From a virus (lineage: Duplodnaviria > Caudoviricetes), in IMG/VR virus record IMGVR_UViG_3300032236_000645, positions 1 through 57,188 of that record: a stretch of DNA of 57,188 nucleotides; one strand, given 5' to 3'. The notes beneath the pieces are model-generated. The model was not told the origin of the DNA, did no database searches, and saw only the letters and a program-made list of their open reading frames with translations. Positions 19,754-29,641 of this stretch are shown one piece after another. The translations under genes and the position numbers were made by a program. The stretch's first letter is position 1; every line of letters starts with the position of its first letter.

Positions 19754-20923
19754 ATGATAAACATTAAATATTTCCTAAAAGAAGCAGCCGAAGAAGGCGA
19801 GAAACTCAAGCACATTGAGCATCTTGAGGACCATCCAATTAATGATGGTGCTAAAGGATTCGAACACGCTGTTGGTGCTTTAGAAAAAGTAAAACACCAT
19901 ATCCAACAAAAGAAACAAAGTTCAGACTTGACTATGAAACACGATGGTTCTCCATCTATTGTTTACGGTCATCATCCAGAAAATGGTAAGTTCTTTGTTG
20001 CTTCTAAGTCTGCTTTCAACAAAACACCTAAGATTAATTACACAGATAAAGATATCGAAAAGAACCACGGTCATGCACCTGGTCTTGTTGAAAAGTTAAA
20101 AGCAGCATTACACCATATTCCTAAAATTGCACCTAAGAAAGGTGTATTTCAAGGTGACATGTTGTTCTCAGATAAAGATGTCAAGAATGAAAACGGCAAA
20201 GTTAAATTTAAACCTAACACTATTACATATTCCGCTAAAGAAGGTAGTGAAGAAGGTAAGAAGATTGCTAAAGCTAAAGTAGGTTTATACACACATACTG
20301 AATATCGTGGTAAAGATGCAACTGCCATGAACGCTCATTTTGATCCAGATTTATCTAAATTTAAACATCATCCAGATGTCTATCACAGAGAACCTGGCCA
20401 TGATACAAGTAAAACTCCTTTCACACCAGAAGAGAAAGCTAATTACGAACATCATTTAAAAGCGGCTGAAGAAATCCATGCTAAACATGGAGACCAAATT
20501 TATAGTCCTTTAGACAAGGTTCGTGACCATGTTAAGACTTATATCAATACTACTGTAAGGACTGGTGAGAAACCATCACCTGAAGGTTTACAACACCATC
20601 TAACACAACATTACGGTAAGATGATTGATAAACTCAAAACAGACAAATCTAAAAATGCTAAAGTTGAAGAATTAAAAGACAAGTTATCTCATGTCGAAGT
20701 TAACAAAGAACACTTCAACAACTTGTTTAAATTACATCACCATCTACAACAAGCTAAAGACCAATTAGTTCATGTGTTGGCTAAAAACACCGGTGGTTTA
20801 GAACATTCTGTTGGTGGTCAAAAAGTTAAACCAGAAGGTTTCGTTGTTAACCATGAAGGTAAACCAACCAAACTAAATGATAGAGCTGAATTCAATAGAC
20901 TTAATTTCTTGGCGAGAAAATAA
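19754..20923 (+). CDS. RNA-ligase-like covalent nucleotidyltransferase, putative internal virion protein
   Basis: KHDGS (motif I), FQGDML (III), EGFVV (IV), TKL (V); N-terminus MINIKYFLKE; CATAAATA upstream. Confidence 0.6.
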   Translation: MINIKYFLKEAAEEGEKLKHIEHLEDHPINDGAKGFEHAVGALEKVKHHIQQKKQSSDLTMKHDGSPSIVYGHHPENGKFFVASKSAFNKTPKINYTDKDIEKNHGHAPGLVEKLKAALHHIPKIAPKKGVFQGDMLFSDKDVKNENGKVKFKPNTITYSAKEGSEEGKKIAKAKVGLYTHTEYRGKDATAMNAHFDPDLSKFKHHPDVYHREPGHDTSKTPFTPEEKANYEHHLKAAEEIHAKHGDQIYSPLDKVRDHVKTYINTTVRTGEKPSPEGLQHHLTQHYGKMIDKLKTDKSKNAKVEELKDKLSHVEVNKEHFNNLFKLHHHLQQAKDQLVHVLAKNTGGLEHSVGGQKVKPEGFVVNHEGKPTKLNDRAEFNRLNFLARK

Positions 20924-21558
20924 TGAAAACATTTTCAACTTTTTTAACAGAAGACACTAAAGAGCCAGCAACTGGCGGATTACACATGTTTGATGTGGAT
21001 GATACATTATTTCATACAACTGCTAAAATTCATGTTAAAGACAAATCGGGTAAAACTGTTCAGACTTTAGATAATAAAGAATTCAATACACATACTTTAA
21101 AGCCTGGTCATCATTATGATTTCCATGAATTTAGAAATGCTGAGAAATTTCATAGTGAATCTAAACCTATTCACAAGATGATTAATAAAATTAAAGCTAT
21201 TCATCAAAATGTTAAGAAGAAACCAGGCAGTAAAGTTATCCTAAATACTGCTAGAGCTGACTTCGATGATAAGAATAAGTTCTTGGATAAGTTCAAACAA
21301 CATGGTATTGATATTGATAATATCCATGTAGAACGTGCCGGTAATATTCCTGGCGATGAACATCCAGCTGAGAAGAAAGCGCAAGTTGTGAGAAATCATC
21401 TTGCTAGACAAAACTATAAGCATGTTAGTTTATATGATGATAGTAAGAGTAATTTAAATAGGTTGTTGAAAATGAAACAAGAGTATCCTCATGTTAAGTT
21501 TCACGCATATCATGTTCAACCAAATGGGACAGCAAAGAAATATAAAGATGGAAAATAA
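20923..21558 (+). CDS. HAD-family phosphatase (Pnkp-phosphatase-like), putative internal protein
   Basis: DVDDT, TAR, K, YDDS..N; N-terminus MKTFSTFLTE. Confidence 0.75.
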   Translation: MKTFSTFLTEDTKEPATGGLHMFDVDDTLFHTTAKIHVKDKSGKTVQTLDNKEFNTHTLKPGHHYDFHEFRNAEKFHSESKPIHKMINKIKAIHQNVKKKPGSKVILNTARADFDDKNKFLDKFKQHGIDIDNIHVERAGNIPGDEHPAEKKAQVVRNHLARQNYKHVSLYDDSKSNLNRLLKMKQEYPHVKFHAYHVQPNGTAKKYKDGK

Positions 21559-23425
21559 ATTCAAATCATTCTTGGAACTTATGGAAGAAGAAACCAAATC
21601 AGTAGCGGTTTTATTCGGTCGTATGAACCCACCAACAAAGGGTCACGAGGAGAATGTTAACGGCTTAAAATCCTTGGCAGCTAAACACAATGCTGACCAT
21701 GTGGTCATTGCTTCACACTCACATGACCCTAAAAAGAATCCTCTTTCTCCAGAGGACAAACTTAAACATTTGAAACGTGCTTTCCCAGCGACCAATGTTA
21801 AAGTTGCTTCTAAAGAACAACCAACAATTCTACACCATGCTGCCGCTTTACACAATCAAGGATATACACACTTACATATTGTTGGTGGTGGTGACCGAGC
21901 TGATGAATACAAACGACTATTACATCAGTATAACGGCAAAGAAGGTAAACACGGCCTTTACAATTTCAAAAAGATTACTGTACATTCCACTGGTGAAAGA
22001 AAAGCTGGTGTTTCTGGTACAGATATGCGTAATCATGTAAAAAACAATAATTACACCGAATTCAAAAAGAACTTACCATCAAATATTCAAAAGAATGATA
22101 AACATTCACGTGAGTTGTTCCATGACACTAGAAAAGGTATGGGCATTACCGAAAGTACAGAACGTGGCATGTTCAAGGCATTATTCTTAGTTGGTGGTCC
22201 AGGTTCTGGAAAAGATGTTATTATCCATGAAGCTGTAGCTGAAAAGAATGCAGTAGAAATCAATGTCAATAAGGTTTTTGATTTCCTAATGGACAAAAAG
22301 AAATTATCAGAAGATACTAAAGATAATCAATTAAACGCTATTAAACGCCGTTCAGCTTTGATTATTAATGGTGCTTCAGATGATAGAGCCAAGATTAATT
22401 CAATCAAAGAAGAATTGAACGAACTTGGATATACTTCAATGATGGTGTTTGTTAATACTACTAATGAAGTATCTCAAAATAGAAATACGCAACACTCCAG
22501 AGTTATCTCAGAGCAAATCAGAAATGAAAAATGGTTACGCTCACAAGAGAACATAGACCACTTCTATGATTCTTTCGATTTCTTCTTGGAATTTGATAAT
22601 TCTATTAATTTGCAAAGCTCTGACCTTTTAATCAGAGAAGCAAAACAGAATGAAATAAGTGATATCTGTAATGAAATATCCTATTTCTTTAAGTCGAAAG
22701 CAATCAATGAAAATGCTAGTAATTGGTTGAATTCACATGGTAAATTTGATAAGGATGATATAAATGAAAACTATTCTAAACTGGTTAAACAACATGATGG
22801 CCAAGATTACACCCATCTCAAAAAGAAAACCGATAACCGAGGATACTCAAAGTTGTTGCAAAAGCGCAACCTCGTTGCCAAACACATGCTCAAAGACGGC
22901 AACGCCTACAAAGACAACTTCCTCAGAAAATCAGGTAAAATCGATGACGTCCGTGACGGCGACATCCAAAGAAACACCGGTTACTCCAATTGGGCAGCCG
23001 AAGAAAAAGAAGAAGTATTATCACAACAACAAGAACAGAGTCAACCAACACTCAAAATCAACCCAGCCCCAAAAGTCCGTAACTTCGACAAAGACAAAGA
23101 GTCCGCACAAACCAAACGTAAAGCAGGGGTAAGTCTATTACCTGGTAAAGTTCAAAACGGTGTTGGAGTTGGTGATACATTCGATAATAGAACTTCGGGT
23201 TCTGTATATCCAATGAGTGGTCTAGGCAACTCTACATATCGTGAGAGTTTTGATAAGTTTAGAAGTAAATTAAAAGCTGAATCTATTGATGAACCTGGCA
23301 CAACTGAAATGGGTACATTTGGTGGAATGGCTAACGGTACTAATAAAGAGCCAATGGTAACTCCTTCTGATAACGTGAAATCACGTGCAGAAAGTAAAAC
23401 AAGCAAAAAGAAAATCAATAAATAA
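21548..23425 (+). CDS. Cytidylyltransferase-like (HxGH) domain fused to P-loop kinase and low-complexity tail
   Basis: FGRMNPPTKGH, GGDR, SGT.MR; GGPGSGKD; start at MENKFKSFLE. Confidence 0.75.
   Translation: MENKFKSFLELMEEETKSVAVLFGRMNPPTKGHEENVNGLKSLAAKHNADHVVIASHSHDPKKNPLSPEDKLKHLKRAFPATNVKVASKEQPTILHHAAALHNQGYTHLHIVGGGDRADEYKRLLHQYNGKEGKHGLYNFKKITVHSTGERKAGVSGTDMRNHVKNNNYTEFKKNLPSNIQKNDKHSRELFHDTRKGMGITESTERGMFKALFLVGGPGSGKDVIIHEAVAEKNAVEINVNKVFDFLMDKKKLSEDTKDNQLNAIKRRSALIINGASDDRAKINSIKEELNELGYTSMMVFVNTTNEVSQNRNTQHSRVISEQIRNEKWLRSQENIDHFYDSFDFFLEFDNSINLQSSDLLIREAKQNEISDICNEISYFFKSKAINENASNWLNSHGKFDKDDINENYSKLVKQHDGQDYTHLKKKTDNRGYSKLLQKRNLVAKHMLKDGNAYKDNFLRKSGKIDDVRDGDIQRNTGYSNWAAEEKEEVLSQQQEQSQPTLKINPAPKVRNFDKDKESAQTKRKAGVSLLPGKVQNGVGVGDTFDNRTSGSVYPMSGLGNSTYRESFDKFRSKLKAESIDEPGTTEMGTFGGMANGTNKEPMVTPSDNVKSRAESKTSKKKINK
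22764..23132 (+). CDS. Possible overprinted basic T/S/P/K-rich protein (+1 frame)
   Basis: AAGGA RBS 8 nt upstream; codon usage of the host frame shifts over this span. Confidence 0.4.
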   Translation: MKTILNWLNNMMAKITPISKRKPITEDTQSCCKSATSLPNTCSKTATPTKTTSSENQVKSMTSVTATSKETPVTPIGQPKKKKKYYHNNKNRVNQHSKSTQPQKSVTSTKTKSPHKPNVKQG

Positions 23426-23461
23426 GCAATCATGTTCACAGAGAACTAACAGGAGATTAAG

Positions 23462-25543
23462 ATGTTTCAAAAATTTGGTAAAGAAATTCCCCAATCACTA
23501 GTAGATGCCGTTTCGGGTATCATGTATGAAGCTAAGGCCGATGAACCTGCCGCACCAGATGCAGATGCTATTGCTCGCCGTAAACGTCTACAAGCAATCA
23601 AAGATAAACAAGAAGATGATGCTGCGGAACGTGGTGCTGGCGAAAAGAAATCTTCTGGTGTTCGTCAAGTAGCTGGTAAAGCTTACGGTGGCGCTAAACA
23701 AAAAGATGACGATTTAGAAGAATCTAAAAAACATATGGATGAAGCAGATGTTGAAGAATCTGGACTCCGTATGGCTGCTCATGCTGCTCATAAAGCTGGT
23801 CAAAAGAACTTTGAATTTCAAGGTAAAACATATCCGGTTAAAGTTACAAAAGAAGATAAATCTTGTGTAACTAAACCTGAAGTAAAAAAGATTGCTGATA
23901 AAGAAGTTGGCAAACACGAAAAGAAAATGCACCATGAAGAAAAGCAATTAGATGAAAAGGCAGTAAGTATTGCTCAACAAAAATTCATGGGTATGGTTAA
24001 TGCCGTTAAAAAAGGCAAAATGAAAGCTCCAAGTAAAGAAGTAGGAAAAGCTGCTCATAGTATGACAAAGAAAGCTGCTCACGATTTTGCTGCTACTAAA
24101 CACAAAGGTTTACCTCAACATAAAGAAGAAGTTGAACAAGTAGTTGAATACAAAGGTCAACCTAAAGATGTTCCTTTTGATGCTGATAAACCACATGGCA
24201 AAATTGCTACTGCTGGTAAAAAAGGTTATGGTGTTTCAGCTGCTAAACATCTAGCTCGCCAAGGATTGAGAAAATTCTTAAAAAAAGAAACTCTGATGGG
24301 TAAAGCAGGTTGCACATCAGAGGAAGCCGACCTCGAAGAATCTCGTGGTCATAAAATCCTTGCAACAAAATTAAAACAATTGTCAATGCAAAGTCACGGT
24401 ATGGCACCAGAGTTATCTGTTAGTCCTCAAGATATCAAAGACAAATTAAAAGATGCAGCTAGTATCAATCAAGTTGAAATTGTTAAGCAAAAAGATTCTT
24501 CAATTAAAAAAGAGGCGGCTGGTAATCCTGGTCCTGTGAGAAAACATGTTCCATCGCCAATGGAAAAACCAAGTAAAGATGATATGGCGGCCTGGCATGC
24601 TAAACAAAAAGAGAAACATGCTTACAAAAAAGAAGAAGCATTAAGTGAAGAATTTCATCCAAATGTTCACGCTGAATTGAAAAAACATGCTGGTAAAATC
24701 GGCGCTGTTATGCACAATACAAAAGATAATGCTATTGCTGTTATTGTACATCATACTGATGACAAAGGTCTTTCTGGTCCTCACCATGTACATTTTTTCC
24801 ATAATGATAAAAAAGTACACTCAACTGTTCATCCAACATTTGGCGATGCTGAATCTCATGCTGTAGATACCATCACTTCTAAAAAAGGTTTGAAACATTT
24901 AGGTAAAATGCACACCTTGATGGAAGAGCAAATTGATGAAGGTTCTAGTACTGAATTTCAAGACAAACTACGTAGCAGCGTGCCAAAAGGTAAAGGTCTT
25001 AAAAATACTGAGTTCCAAAATATTGTAGCTCGCAAGAATAAAAAAGATCCACACTGTCCTGGTTGCGGATTACACGCAAGTGATGAAGCTAAAGGTGGCA
25101 AGCACGGTAAGTTCTGTAAGCAGGCAAATGAAGAAGTAGAACAAATTGATGAATTATCTAAAGATACATTAACATCATATAAAAATAAAGCTACTTCAGA
25201 TAAAGAAGGACATGATGATGTTAAATATGATGGCGACCAATCTTTCACTAATCGAATGAAAGCAAATTGGAAAGGTTCTTTACGCAAAAAAGGCATTGCT
25301 AATGCTAATAAGAAATTAGGTGAAGAAAATCAGATTGATGAAACTGCTACATTAGACCAATACATTAAGTCTATGGGCTATGACCCAGAGCATATGGAAA
25401 AGAACAAGAAAGTTATGTTCTCAAAAACTAATGCTTTCAAAACTTGGGCTTCTACAAGACAAGAAGGTCTTTATGATGCTGGCCAAAAAGGTACACAAGA
25501 CATCGATACTCACATGTCACCAGGCGCAACTGCTAGAGGATAA
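23462..25543 (+). CDS. Large K/E/H-rich modular internal head protein
   Basis: Repeated (L/I/V)xE and EE motifs (EEVEQIDE) separating basic modules; late-promoter-like box and AGGAG RBS. Confidence 0.65.
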   Translation: MFQKFGKEIPQSLVDAVSGIMYEAKADEPAAPDADAIARRKRLQAIKDKQEDDAAERGAGEKKSSGVRQVAGKAYGGAKQKDDDLEESKKHMDEADVEESGLRMAAHAAHKAGQKNFEFQGKTYPVKVTKEDKSCVTKPEVKKIADKEVGKHEKKMHHEEKQLDEKAVSIAQQKFMGMVNAVKKGKMKAPSKEVGKAAHSMTKKAAHDFAATKHKGLPQHKEEVEQVVEYKGQPKDVPFDADKPHGKIATAGKKGYGVSAAKHLARQGLRKFLKKETLMGKAGCTSEEADLEESRGHKILATKLKQLSMQSHGMAPELSVSPQDIKDKLKDAASINQVEIVKQKDSSIKKEAAGNPGPVRKHVPSPMEKPSKDDMAAWHAKQKEKHAYKKEEALSEEFHPNVHAELKKHAGKIGAVMHNTKDNAIAVIVHHTDDKGLSGPHHVHFFHNDKKVHSTVHPTFGDAESHAVDTITSKKGLKHLGKMHTLMEEQIDEGSSTEFQDKLRSSVPKGKGLKNTEFQNIVARKNKKDPHCPGCGLHASDEAKGGKHGKFCKQANEEVEQIDELSKDTLTSYKNKATSDKEGHDDVKYDGDQSFTNRMKANWKGSLRKKGIANANKKLGEENQIDETATLDQYIKSMGYDPEHMEKNKKVMFSKTNAFKTWASTRQEGLYDAGQKGTQDIDTHMSPGATARG

Positions 25544-25544
25544 T

Positions 25545-26063
25545 ATGGATTACATTACAGAATTTGCTAAAGAAATTGTAGACCGTTATCTGAAAGCTAA
25601 AGGTTGGGATCCTAGACATGTGGATAGAAATAGACGCATGGCTATGACCAAGACCAAAGAGTTTCAGTTGTATGCTCAACGCATGGGTGAAGCGATGGAA
25701 TTTCCACAAGGTGATTTTGATGCTAAAGGCACCTCAGCTAAAGTTGTTGGTGAAAAGAATTTATCTAAATCAGCACAATTAGTTAAGTCAATCTATAAGA
25801 AACATAGAATTAAAGAAGAACTCTATGACCATGAAAAAGATGACAAAGACGGAACTACATACGGCAAGAAACCTAAACTATCAGCTAATAAACAAGAAAC
25901 AGACCAACAAGGTCAAAGTGATAGTAAGACCCAAGCAGCAGCTGTATTAAGTGGTGGTACAACATTAACTGGTCAAAAGAGAGATGTTGTTGAAATTGAT
26001 CCAGTGTTGAAAAAGAGTAAGCCAGGTTCGCCTAATGGTGAAGTAGGCGATACAAAACAATAA
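25545..26063 (+). CDS. Putative internal head protein
   Basis: Start MDYITE after GAGGA; shares a module with the upstream gene. Confidence 0.6.
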   Translation: MDYITEFAKEIVDRYLKAKGWDPRHVDRNRRMAMTKTKEFQLYAQRMGEAMEFPQGDFDAKGTSAKVVGEKNLSKSAQLVKSIYKKHRIKEELYDHEKDDKDGTTYGKKPKLSANKQETDQQGQSDSKTQAAAVLSGGTTLTGQKRDVVEIDPVLKKSKPGSPNGEVGDTKQ

Positions 26064-26102
26064 ATAGCAATATAATTCCGAAAGATTAAGGAGAAATACA
26101 AA

Positions 26103-26804
26103 ATGGCTTCAAACCAAGGTAATTACGATAACAGTGCTAATGTCCCATTGTGGTCAGCGACATCTGTTTTCAAGGCACCAACAGCAGTTAATGCTGCCGC
26201 TTTATACGAAGATACAACACCTAATGACCAAATTGCTGGTGTAACAATAGGTGTATTTGCCGTCGATGATGCTGAAAAGATTGTTGAAGGTAATTCTGGT
26301 TCACACGCTGGATGGGTACTAAGAAGAGTTGGTTCTGGTGGTCGTGCTGGTCGTGTACAAGAAGAAACTCTAGCAGTTGTTGCTAACTTCCGTTCAGATA
26401 ATAATGCAGATGATGCAGTATATGCAGACGCTTCTATCATTATCACTCAACCAGTATCATTACGCACAGTTAATTCTAATACATCAGCTGCTAATGTGGT
26501 AACATTCTCTGTTGCTGGTACAAAAGTTTCTCCTGCAAATGCAGTAGTGACATACCAATGGCAAGTTAATAATAACGCAGGTGGTACATGGGTTAACATC
26601 GATGCTGGTACTGATGTATCAACTGGTCAACCAGGTGGTTCACATAAAACAGGCGCTACAACAGATACATTCTCAATTGCTCCAACAGATACAACAGCAA
26701 ACAATTATGTATTCCGTGCCGCAATTACTGCTACTAACCCAAATATTACAAACTCAGCTTTAACTGTTTACTCATCAAACGGCAGAATCTATATTCCTGC
26801 TTAA
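26103..26804 (+). CDS. Virion structural protein with C-terminal Ig-like domain
   Basis: HAGWV...GR...E.L motif; ITQP...TYQWQ...W..I...Y.FRA Ig pattern; late-promoter-like box, terminator after. Confidence 0.7.
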   Translation: MASNQGNYDNSANVPLWSATSVFKAPTAVNAAALYEDTTPNDQIAGVTIGVFAVDDAEKIVEGNSGSHAGWVLRRVGSGGRAGRVQEETLAVVANFRSDNNADDAVYADASIIITQPVSLRTVNSNTSAANVVTFSVAGTKVSPANAVVTYQWQVNNNAGGTWVNIDAGTDVSTGQPGGSHKTGATTDTFSIAPTDTTANNYVFRAAITATNPNITNSALTVYSSNGRIYIPA

Positions 26805-26820
26805 TGTATGACAACTAAAT

Positions 26821-26846
26821 AAGGGGGACTCCGGTCCCTCTTTTTT
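26821..26846 (+). terminator. Rho-independent terminator
   Basis: AAGGGGGAC-TCCG-GTCCCTCTT then T run. Confidence 0.85.
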
Positions 26847-26864
26847 GGCTATAAGAAAAATAAT

Positions 26865-27251
26865 ATGTTTGATGACTTAAATGATGACAACTTTTTGATT
26901 TACGCTATGAAGTCATATACTTCTCCGCATTGTATAATGTCGGAATTTGAAGGTGACTTAAAACGAACAAAATACTTAAAAAAGTTATTTCGTAGATATA
27001 AAATAAGTAATGACCTTAAAGAGAGGTTAATTCTCAATCATCTTATTTTATTATATAATGTATTTGAAGTGGAATCGGCAACAAGAATTTTATTTTATAA
27101 GATTGATGATAGGGATTATGATATCCTTAAAACCTTTTTATTATACTTAAACTATATGCCTAATCGAATTATTGGCATCAAAGGTAAAAACATAGAATCA
27201 TCAGATATTCTAATAAATATGGATATCGCAGAGATACTGAGGAAATTATGA
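26865..27251 (+). CDS. Conserved T4-like hypothetical protein
   Basis: L..DNF..YAMK.Y, LKERLILNH motifs. Confidence 0.75.
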   Translation: MFDDLNDDNFLIYAMKSYTSPHCIMSEFEGDLKRTKYLKKLFRRYKISNDLKERLILNHLILLYNVFEVESATRILFYKIDDRDYDILKTFLLYLNYMPNRIIGIKGKNIESSDILINMDIAEILRKL

Positions 27252-27871
27252 AAACATTCAAAGCCCATTTAGAAGAAGCCTGTTGGAAAGGTTACAAAGC
27301 CATTGGAGTAAAAGACAAAGGTGGTCGTAAAGTTCCAAATTGTGTTCCGGTCTCAAAAGAAGAAGTTGAACTGGATGAGACAAAAGACCATACTGAATAC
27401 GAAGACCCTCATATGGCAGTAAATCAATTAAGAAGTATCATTCACAATGCTCAAGAAATGCTAGATTTAATTGGTGATGATAGTGACTTACCTGAATGGA
27501 TTGAATCTAAGATTACATTAGCTGAAGATTATCTAATGACATCTTCAAACTATATGCGTAGCGAAATGAAAGAAAGCTACGAACACTTAGATGAAAAATC
27601 TCCAGCTTGGCAACGTAAAGCCGGTAAGAATCCAGAAGGCGGCTTGAATAAAAAAGGTGTTGCTTCTTATCGTAGAGAACATCCAGGTTCTAAATTAAAA
27701 ACAGCTGTCACAACAAAACCATCTAAGTTGGATCCAGATAGTAAATCTGCTAAACGTAGAAAATCATTTTGCGCTCGTATGAGTGGCATGAAGAAGAAGT
27801 TAACTTCATCAAAAACTGCTAGTGATCCTGATTCACGTATAAACAAATCTTTAAGAAAATGGAATTGTTAA
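27248..27871 (+). CDS. Putative internal head protein (DUF6321-like C-terminus)
   Basis: MKTFKAHLEE; CWKGY...VPNCVP; AWQRK.GK.PEGGLN...SFCARM...SRINKSLRKWNC. Confidence 0.65.
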   Translation: MKTFKAHLEEACWKGYKAIGVKDKGGRKVPNCVPVSKEEVELDETKDHTEYEDPHMAVNQLRSIIHNAQEMLDLIGDDSDLPEWIESKITLAEDYLMTSSNYMRSEMKESYEHLDEKSPAWQRKAGKNPEGGLNKKGVASYRREHPGSKLKTAVTTKPSKLDPDSKSAKRRKSFCARMSGMKKKLTSSKTASDPDSRINKSLRKWNC

Positions 27872-27872
27872 T

Positions 27873-28307
27873 ATGATATCGTTCAAATCATTTTTACTAG
27901 AACAACCTACACATCCGGAATCTAAACCTACACGTAAACGTAGCCATGATATTTCTAAGCACGTTAAGAGTTTGAAACCAGTTGGTTCTATTACAACTGA
28001 AATGGATAAATCACAAGAACCGCCTGGCCGTGACGACCCTTATGATTACAATAAAGGTAAATGGCACAAAGGCAAAGTATTATCAAAAGATAAAACAACA
28101 AGTCTTGCTACCGATATAATGAAAAAAGTTCTCAATGGACCTAAAAAGAAATCAATCAAAGAAGATGGTATGGGAGCAGGTAGTGCTGGGCCAACTAATG
28201 TAACTGGTCCACAATCTGGTACAGACCCAATCAGCGCTACGGCTGTTCATCCTAAAAAGAAAAAGAAATACCTAATGGGTATAAGACGTAACCCACCTAA
28301 AATGTAA
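27873..28307 (+). CDS. Putative internal head protein
   Basis: MISFKSFLLE N-terminus, basic. Confidence 0.6.
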   Translation: MISFKSFLLEQPTHPESKPTRKRSHDISKHVKSLKPVGSITTEMDKSQEPPGRDDPYDYNKGKWHKGKVLSKDKTTSLATDIMKKVLNGPKKKSIKEDGMGAGSAGPTNVTGPQSGTDPISATAVHPKKKKKYLMGIRRNPPKM

Positions 28308-28317
28308 TGGAGATACT

Positions 28318-28926
28318 ATGTTAACTGAACAAAACCTATCACAAATTTGCACTAAAAATAAAAATGTTGGTGAATTGTTAATCGCATTATTGGATGTATT
28401 ACCAAAATATGATATCAATACTAACAATCGTATTGCTGGTTTCTTGGCACAATGTGGCCATGAATCTGCTGACTTTACAGTATTAAAAGAAAACTTAAAC
28501 TACGGCGCTGCCGGTTTACGTGGAACATTTGGTAAATACTTTGCCGATGATGCTACTGCTAAAGCTTACGAACGTCAACCAGAAAAGATTGCTAACCGTG
28601 TATACGCTAGTCGTATGGGTAACGGTAATGAAGCATCTGGTGACGGATACAAATACCGTGGTCGTGGTGCAATCCAATTGACAGGCCATGACAACTATCA
28701 AGCATTTGCTACATCTATTGGTAAATCAATTGATGAAACTATTGCTTATTTGGAAACACTAGAAGGTGCTATTGAGTCAGCTGCTTGGTTCTGGAAGACA
28801 CATGGTCTTAATGCTACATGTGATGCTGATGATATTGTAGCTATGACTAAAAAAATTAACGGCGGCACTATCGGTTTAGATGACCGTAAGGCTCATTACG
28901 TTAAAGCTAAATCATTGTTGGTATAA
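28318..28926 (+). CDS. GH19 endolysin
   Basis: FLAQCGHES, ENLNY, DGYKYRGRG.IQLTG, TKKINGG..GL.DR. Confidence 0.92.
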   Translation: MLTEQNLSQICTKNKNVGELLIALLDVLPKYDINTNNRIAGFLAQCGHESADFTVLKENLNYGAAGLRGTFGKYFADDATAKAYERQPEKIANRVYASRMGNGNEASGDGYKYRGRGAIQLTGHDNYQAFATSIGKSIDETIAYLETLEGAIESAAWFWKTHGLNATCDADDIVAMTKKINGGTIGLDDRKAHYVKAKSLLV

Positions 28927-28928
28927 TT

Positions 28929-29381
28929 ATGTTAGGTTTGATAATGTCTTTTATTCCTGATGCTTGGTTAGAATTGGCTGTCAATCTAACCTTAGTATCA
29001 GGTATTGTTGGAGTTATGAGTGGTGAAATATTACGTTTCATTCCTTCTTGGAATCCATACTTAAAATTACTAAGAACTTTGGGTTATATCCTATTAGTTT
29101 TTGGTGTATATTTCAAAGGCAGTTATGCCACCGAAATGGAGTGGAGAGCTAAAGTAGATGCTATGAAAGCTCAGGTTGCTATTGCGGAAGAAAAAGCCAA
29201 AACTGCTAATGCTGAAATACAAACCAAGATAGTTACTAAGATTAAAACAATACACGATACTAAAGTAGTTACAAAAAATGTAATACAAGAAAAAAGAGTA
29301 TTGATTGATAAAGATTGTGATGTACCACAAGTTGCAATTGACATTTTAAATGCTGCGGCAGAAGGTAAGGCAGCCAAATGA
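28929..29381 (+). CDS. i-spanin (Rz-like)
   Basis: TM segments, coiled coil, C-terminal Cys; follows endolysin. Confidence 0.7.
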   Translation: MLGLIMSFIPDAWLELAVNLTLVSGIVGVMSGEILRFIPSWNPYLKLLRTLGYILLVFGVYFKGSYATEMEWRAKVDAMKAQVAIAEEKAKTANAEIQTKIVTKIKTIHDTKVVTKNVIQEKRVLIDKDCDVPQVAIDILNAAAEGKAAK

Positions 29382-29641
29382 AAAAACTAATACTATTACT
29401 ACCTTTATTGTTAGTTGGATGTCTTGAAGATATACCAGTTAAACCAAATTGGCCAGAAGTACCAGAACAATTGAAAACAGTATGTCCTGATTTAGCAATG
29501 GTTAAACAAGGTGCTAAATTAAGTGAGATTATTGAGATTGTAGCGGACAACTATTACACATACCATGAGTGTCAAGTTAAAGTTGACGCTTGGAAAGAAT
29601 GGTATGATACACAAAAGAAAATATATGAGGATGTGAAATGA
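29378..29641 (+). CDS. o-spanin lipoprotein (Rz1-like)
   Basis: Lipobox LVGC, Pro-rich, CP.L...NY..YH.C. Confidence 0.75.
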   Translation: MKKLILLLPLLLVGCLEDIPVKPNWPEVPEQLKTVCPDLAMVKQGAKLSEIIEIVADNYYTYHECQVKVDAWKEWYDTQKKIYEDVK

